64,000 nucleotides of DNA, from positions 139,528-203,527 of the forward strand of contig JAHFKN010000001.1 of assembly GCA_023245355.1 (NCBI GenBank), written 5' to 3'. The position numbers and the translations under genes were made by a program. The stretch is from Candidatus Gottesmanbacteria bacterium (GTDB taxonomy: Bacteria; Patescibacteriota; Microgenomatia; UBA10105; UBA927). Of this stretch, positions 59,628 to 64,000 are shown piece after piece; the first letter of the stretch is position 1, and every line of letters starts with the position of its first letter. A model generated the notes under the pieces. That model saw only the letters and a program-made list of their open reading frames with translations. It was not told the origin of the DNA and searched no databases.

Positions 59628-60244
59628 CAGTAAGGTTTCCACAAGTCTTCTTCCCTCTTTTTAATCATCTTATAGAACGTGTCGTCACTTCGATTGTATT
59701 TCCGGTAAATTGCCCCACAGACCATATCCGCCAGTTGCAGCAAGTTGTTGCTTTTAGAGTCTTTGTGTCTAATCTGGCCCAAGAGCTTCTCGATGTCAGT
59801 GTTGAGTTTCTTCCTTAAGTACCCGTTAAACTCCCGTATAAAGTGTTTACTGGTCAAATCGACGAACAACGATGCGTGGTTAATCCGATTCTGAGCTCTC
59901 ATAAAGAGTTGGTCAGCCACCAACATATACAAACTGTCAGTTGGGTTGAGAGGTTCTCTTTTGAGAAGCTTCGTTTTATCGATAATAACTGAGCGGTAAT
60001 GAAAATCAAAGCGGGACAATTTTCGCAAAAAGACTTCCTTCTCGTGATTTGAGGTGCCGGTGCTGAATTTAAACTCTCTTCCCGGATGAAACTTGAGATC
60101 CTTTTTAAGTTGGTTAATGGCGTCGTTGGCTTTCTCGGCTGCGTCTAAGTCGTCAAATATAACGATGGTCAAGACAAAATAGGGACTGGAGACTCTCTTA
60201 AAGTTGAATCCGGTGTCACCTGACTCATCCATAAAGATGAGCAT
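59627..60244 (-). CDS. DUF3800-like protein
   Basis: MLIFMDESGD.G, YFVL, EFKF and DSK..LLQLADMV.G. Confidence 0.85.
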   Translation of the reverse strand: MLIFMDESGDTGFNFKRVSSPYFVLTIVIFDDLDAAEKANDAINQLKKDLKFHPGREFKFSTGTSNHEKEVFLRKLSRFDFHYRSVIIDKTKLLKREPLNPTDSLYMLVADQLFMRAQNRINHASLFVDLTSKHFIREFNGYLRKKLNTDIEKLLGQIRHKDSKSNNLLQLADMVCGAIYRKYNRSDDTFYKMIKKREEDLWKPY

Positions 60245-60246
60245 GG

Positions 60247-60699
60247 CTAGTGACATAGATCCCCCTTTTGAGTTGTTCCAAACCCCAATTTCAAAAAATT
60301 TTTAGTAACGAGGAAATAGTCAGCTGCAGTTGCAAGAGGGAGCTGATTTGTTTTAGTCAGTAATTCGCGGGGCATTAACAACTCTGTGGCAAAACACTCC
60401 GCTTCATACTCCTGTTTAAAATTAACAAATTGATCACAACTTTCGAAATAGAGTTGATTCCCTGTATGGAGAAAGTGATGACCTAAGGCGTGGGCAATGA
60501 GCTCGCGCCTTTTTCGTTTATCGGTGTGTGAGCGAATGCCAATACTATCACCTAAATAGACTTCCTTTACGCGGCCACCAAATGACCACTCGTCCAAGGT
60601 TAGCCCTTCGGCGGTAACAATTTTATGTAAATCTATTGGGGCAGTAGATAGATCGTACTTGCGTAAAATCTGTCTAGCCCTTCTTTGGGCCTTTATCAT
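60247..60699 (-). CDS. ImmA/IrrE family metallopeptidase (anti-repressor-like)
   Basis: IAHALGH (HExxH with Ala in place of Glu) and E.EAECFATELLMP. Confidence 0.85.
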   Translation of the reverse strand: MIKAQRRARQILRKYDLSTAPIDLHKIVTAEGLTLDEWSFGGRVKEVYLGDSIGIRSHTDKRKRRELIAHALGHHFLHTGNQLYFESCDQFVNFKQEYEAECFATELLMPRELLTKTNQLPLATAADYFLVTKNFLKLGFGTTQKGDLCH

Positions 60700-61132
60700 A
60701 TTTTTGTCGGCGTCGGGTTTTTACATACCCGATATAGTCCATGACCGACTCCTTCTCGCTATTGGTCATGTCCTGAACTTCTTTAAGCATTAGCGTAAAT
60801 GAGGCATCCTGCTTGAGCTTGTCGCTGGTCTTATCCAAATACCCAGCTTTATTTAAAAGAGTCTCGTTGGGAATTTGATAAACAAATGCCAATGCCTTCA
60901 GCTTAAGCGGTGAAGGATGTTGATATTTTCCTAACTCAAGGTTGGATAGATATCCGCGCGAAACAGCAGACTGGGGATCCAATTTACCACTTTTAATTGC
61001 TGCCTTGGTTGACTCCACTACCGAACGGAGAGTGAAATCTTTTGCTTCTCGAAGTTTGCACAAATACTCACCAACCGTAGCAAAATCGTCGGGTCCTTTT
61101 AATGTGGTTTCTTTGTTTGTTTTTGTCTTCAT
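60674..61132 (-). CDS. XRE-family repressor (ImmR/cI-like)
   Basis: GEYL..LRE..SRGYLSNLE.G..PSP.KLKALA..LL.KAGY. Confidence 0.85.
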   Translation of the reverse strand: MKTKTNKETTLKGPDDFATVGEYLCKLREAKDFTLRSVVESTKAAIKSGKLDPQSAVSRGYLSNLELGKYQHPSPLKLKALAFVYQIPNETLLNKAGYLDKTSDKLKQDASFTLMLKEVQDMTNSEKESVMDYIGYVKTRRRQKYDKGPKKG

Positions 61133-61210
61133 ATAGGTCAATAAACTCGCTGATTTTTATTGTAACAGAAAAAGTAAGTAATTACTTATTATTCATATTA
61201 TAATGATAGT

Positions 61211-61292
61211 TGTCTACATAAATGGACACAAACAATCATAAAGTTTATTGAAGTAAATTGCAAGAATTTGTACCTTTGTATATAACATGACA
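61211..61292 (+). promoter_or_regulatory. Promoter/operator copy 2, upstream of the cro-like gene
   Basis: TGTCTACATAAATGGACA..AAAGTTTATTGA..TGTACCTTTGTATATAACATGACA. Confidence 0.7.
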
Positions 61293-61556
61293 AAAACGAA
61301 ATCTAAAAAAACAATATTCATCAATAAGGACAAGAGAGTTAACAATGAGCTGTTCGATGAAGTCAGACTCACCAAAGGACTATCTCGATTTCAATTGGCT
61401 GTAGAGGTCGAGCTTTCTCCCCAAACAGTTAGACGAGTTTTAGTTTCCGACGAAGACCCACGACCATCAACGGTTAAAAAGGTGGGTGACTTTTTAGGAA
61501 TACCGGCAAAAGAATGGTACTTAAAAAGAGAAAGCAAGGAGGTGAACCATGGATAA
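61287..61556 (+). CDS. Cro-like HTH protein
   Basis: KGLSRFQLAVEVELSPQTVRRV..PRPSTVKK; divergent from the repressor. Confidence 0.8.
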   Translation: MTKTKSKKTIFINKDKRVNNELFDEVRLTKGLSRFQLAVEVELSPQTVRRVLVSDEDPRPSTVKKVGDFLGIPAKEWYLKRESKEVNHG

Positions 61557-61704
61557 AGCAATGAAATCTAGGATCCGTGCAAGGAAGCGAAGATATTACC
61601 TCTACCGCCTAAAGATATTTATGTGGAAATGGTTGGCGATATTACTTGGCATCTGGATTATTTACCAGCTTCTAGGGACATTTTTCCACCGATGCTGGTT
61701 GTGA
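61549..61704 (+). CDS. Small basic membrane peptide
   Basis: AAGGAGGTGA SD; MDKAMKSRIRARKRRYY followed by a hydrophobic segment. Confidence 0.55.
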   Translation: MDKAMKSRIRARKRRYYLYRLKIFMWKWLAILLGIWIIYQLLGTFFHRCWL

Positions 61705-61762
61705 ATATAACAACAATTAACACAGAAAATGATTATGTCCAGCAAAAAGTTAAATCAAAACA

Positions 61763-62485
61763 ATGATGGCAAGAATCAACTACACCACAATCAATCACGA
61801 GGCTCGAGCCAGGTTGGGTTTAACCATCAATGAATACTGTGTGTACGATTTAATCCACAACTTGGCGAGTAACCCCAAAAACATTCAGATGGGCTGGTGC
61901 TATGCCAAGAAAGAAACGATTGCTGATTACTTAGATCTTGGTCGAGCCACTGTCTTTCGAGCCATTAAAAAAGGCTTGAAAATAAATCTCCTTGAAAAGC
62001 ATCCCGAACAACCGGCGTTCTTAAAAGCCACCAGCGATTGGTATGACTCGGTGATGATTAAAACAGAGTCTCAAAATGAGACGGCTAGTATCAATATGAG
62101 ACGAGAGGCGTCTCAAAGTGAGATAAAACCGCATCTCAAAATGAGACTGAACAAAGATATAGAGAACAATGAAAATGACAACAGAGAAATTGTCAATTTA
62201 AAAAAATCTTCAAAAGGTATTGTTTCGATTGGTCAAGTGATTGCAAACCACCAACACAGCTTACTCGGAGTAGAAAACGAATGGGAAGTGGAGGCCATAC
62301 GACTCTGGCATGAGTTAAGTTTGTCAGGAGATCCGAGCGAGTCGTTCGTAAAACACATCCATCGATATATCAAAAAGAATTTACAGGTAAAGCTTTCCGT
62401 TGCTCTTTCATATTGCAAAGATGCAACCAAAGTTCGTGATAGAGAAAAGTTATTTTATTGGCGCTGTGCTAACGAGCCAGCGTAA
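61763..62485 (+). CDS. Phage replication initiator-like protein (N-terminal wHTH)
   Basis: GWCYAKKETIADYLDLGRATVFRAIK wHTH; internal iteron array. Confidence 0.7.
   Translation: MMARINYTTINHEARARLGLTINEYCVYDLIHNLASNPKNIQMGWCYAKKETIADYLDLGRATVFRAIKKGLKINLLEKHPEQPAFLKATSDWYDSVMIKTESQNETASINMRREASQSEIKPHLKMRLNKDIENNENDNREIVNLKKSSKGIVSIGQVIANHQHSLLGVENEWEVEAIRLWHELSLSGDPSESFVKHIHRYIKKNLQVKLSVALSYCKDATKVRDREKLFYWRCANEPA
62068..62147. repeat. Four palindromic iterons (consensus GTCTCAAAATGAGAC), candidate phage origin
   Basis: Copies at 62068, 62088, 62110 and 62133, followed by an A-rich tract. Confidence 0.8.
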
Positions 62486-62499
62486 AGGAGGTGATTATT

Positions 62500-62652
62500 A
62501 TGGTAACAACCAAAACCAAATACCATTTTGAAGGCAGTAAAAAAGATACCAAGGGTAATCCTGTGTATATCGTTATTGAGTTAAAGACTGGAAAACTTCT
62601 GGAGTGGGACCAGAAAACTTACGATGCTCATAAAGAAGAAATTGAATATTAA
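62500..62652 (+). CDS. Small hypothetical phage protein
   Basis: AAGGAGGTGA SD; 50 aa. Confidence 0.6.
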   Translation: MVTTKTKYHFEGSKKDTKGNPVYIVIELKTGKLLEWDQKTYDAHKEEIEY

Positions 62653-62657
62653 AACCT

Positions 62658-62915
62658 ATGACTAGAACACGCAATCAATTACTAGAAAAAATTTATAACT
62701 CGGTCCATGAGGAAAAACTCCGAATGGAAATTGCCATTGAAACGCTGGCTGATGTTGCTGATGACAAGATTATTGAAACTGTCACACATCGGTCCCCTTT
62801 GGGAGCCAGAGAGGAAAACTTAACCAAGAAAGATGTGGTTGCTAAATACACCCAAGATATCGAGAAGCGCAACAAGGTGTTGGTAATTATTGAAAGATTA
62901 TTAAAAGAAAAATGA
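62658..62915 (+). CDS. Hypothetical phage protein
   Basis: 85-aa ORF with ATGA overlap to the next gene. Confidence 0.6.
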   Translation: MTRTRNQLLEKIYNSVHEEKLRMEIAIETLADVADDKIIETVTHRSPLGAREENLTKKDVVAKYTQDIEKRNKVLVIIERLLKEK

Positions 62916-64000
62916 AAACAATAAAGTATCCAACCATCGCCATAAACCTACTACACTTCGCCGAATACAATCCGCGTAAAGTTACCCGGAGCGTCATCGA
63001 GCAGCTGAAGAATTCATTAACTGAGTTTGGTTGTCCGGTCCCGATTGTTATCAATTCATATAAAGGTCGAGAGAATGTGGTTGTGGGTGGAGAAAAGCGG
63101 ATCCGGGCAGCAACCGAACTCGGATGGACAGAAATTCCTTACAGTCTCGTTTGTATTCCACTACAAAAGGAAAAAGCGCTTAACTTGGCATTAAACAAGA
63201 TTGAGGACCAGTGGGATGATGAAAAACTAGCCCAAGTTATAACTGAACTGACTAAATCAGATTTTGATTTATCTCTGACCGGATTTAACGAAGTGGAAAT
63301 AAGTAATCTCCTCGATACAACAATGCTCTTACCGGAGGATGAGCAGGAGAAGGAATGGGATACCCAAAAAGAGCTTGATGAGATTACCAAGCCAATCTCC
63401 AAATACGGCGAAGTCTACCAGCTGGGTCCACATCGGCTGATGTGTGGAGATGCTACCAAACCTGAAGATATTCAGAAGCTGATGGATGGCAAAGTAGCTG
63501 ACATGATCTTCTCCGATCCACCCTACAACGTGGCTCACAAAAGCATGGAAAAAGCGGGAAAGTTTCACACCAAGGAAGGAATCATCCTAAACGATGATAT
63601 GAGTGATGAGGCCTTTATCAAGTTCACTCAGGGCTTTTTCACCAGCTTTAACAGTGTCCTAAAACCGGGTGGAGCCATTTATGTTTGCACTGGCTATTCT
63701 TCCTACCCATTATTTTATTACCAGATGTTAAATAACAATTTTGTTTTCAGCTCTACCATCGTCTGGGTCAAGCCCTCCTTTGCTATTGGATGGGGTGACT
63801 ACAAAAAACAGTACGAACAAGTGATGAAAGGGAAACGTGGTCCTGGTAAATCAAAAGCAGAACCAATCCTATATGGCTGGAGGCAAGGAGAGAATCATAA
63901 GTTTGAAGGAGACGCTAATGAAAGCGATGTTTGGGAAATGCCAAGGAAAGCTGTCACTGAGATGGTCCATCCAACCGAGAAGCCGGAGTGGCTGATTATG
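62912..64000 (+). CDS. ParB-like N-terminal domain fused to an N6/N4 DNA methyltransferase (runs off the window end)
   Basis: YNPRK..SLTEFG..PIVIN..GG..R, LALNKI, HRLMCGDAT, SDPPYNV and HPTEKP. Confidence 0.9.
   Translation, partial: MKTIKYPTIAINLLHFAEYNPRKVTRSVIEQLKNSLTEFGCPVPIVINSYKGRENVVVGGEKRIRAATELGWTEIPYSLVCIPLQKEKALNLALNKIEDQWDDEKLAQVITELTKSDFDLSLTGFNEVEISNLLDTTMLLPEDEQEKEWDTQKELDEITKPISKYGEVYQLGPHRLMCGDATKPEDIQKLMDGKVADMIFSDPPYNVAHKSMEKAGKFHTKEGIILNDDMSDEAFIKFTQGFFTSFNSVLKPGGAIYVCTGYSSYPLFYYQMLNNNFVFSSTIVWVKPSFAIGWGDYKKQYEQVMKGKRGPGKSKAEPILYGWRQGENHKFEGDANESDVWEMPRKAVTEMVHPTEKPEWLIM

Larger units (their letters stand above)
57575..64000. mobile_element. Prophage or phage-like integrated element, left end (continues beyond the window)
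   Basis: Integrase at tRNA-Gly, divergent repressor/ImmA versus cro-like genes, replication gene with iterons, ParB-methyltransferase and AT-richer composition. Boundary approximate. Confidence 0.85.

Noticed and set aside
62068-62147. CRISPR array
   Set aside because: Repeats are 15 bp with 5-8 nt gaps, lie inside a CDS, and have no cas genes. No CRISPR array was seen anywhere in the window.

Overview
Compact, gene-dense bacterial chromosome segment, most consistent with a Patescibacteria/CPR (Microgenomates-like) genome; the taxonomy is inferred from gene content and style only. The housekeeping backbone includes eno/ppsA and sugar-phosphate genes, holA, rarA, metK with a SAM-I riboswitch, dinB, a DEAD-box helicase, a cold-shock gene, obgE, a P-type ATPase, nth, mscL, rplS, pyrG, the F1Fo ATP synthase operon, dnaE, gatCAB, murT/gatD, htpX/lemA, polX and four tRNAs (Glu, Lys, Asp, Gly). 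Two AT-richer mobile elements are inserted at tRNA 3' ends by large serine recombinases whose ORFs read into the antisense strand of the tRNA. (1) A ~4.65 kb capsid-less element (18549-23206, tRNA-Glu, GTAC core) carries an HUH rolling-circle Rep and a retron-like cassette: a structured msr/msd-like ncRNA, a small unknown ORF, an XRE HTH and an RT with an atypical CGDD motif. Excision is predicted to swap the integrase C-terminus. (2) The left end of a prophage-like element (from tRNA-Gly at ~57577 to the window end) carries a DUF3800-like gene with a convergent structured RNA, ImmA/ImmR/Cro-like genes, duplicated promoters, an iteron-containing replication gene and a ParB-methyltransferase. 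Several unannotated structured RNAs are also visible. All calls come from reading the sequence by eye; no searches or folding programs were run.
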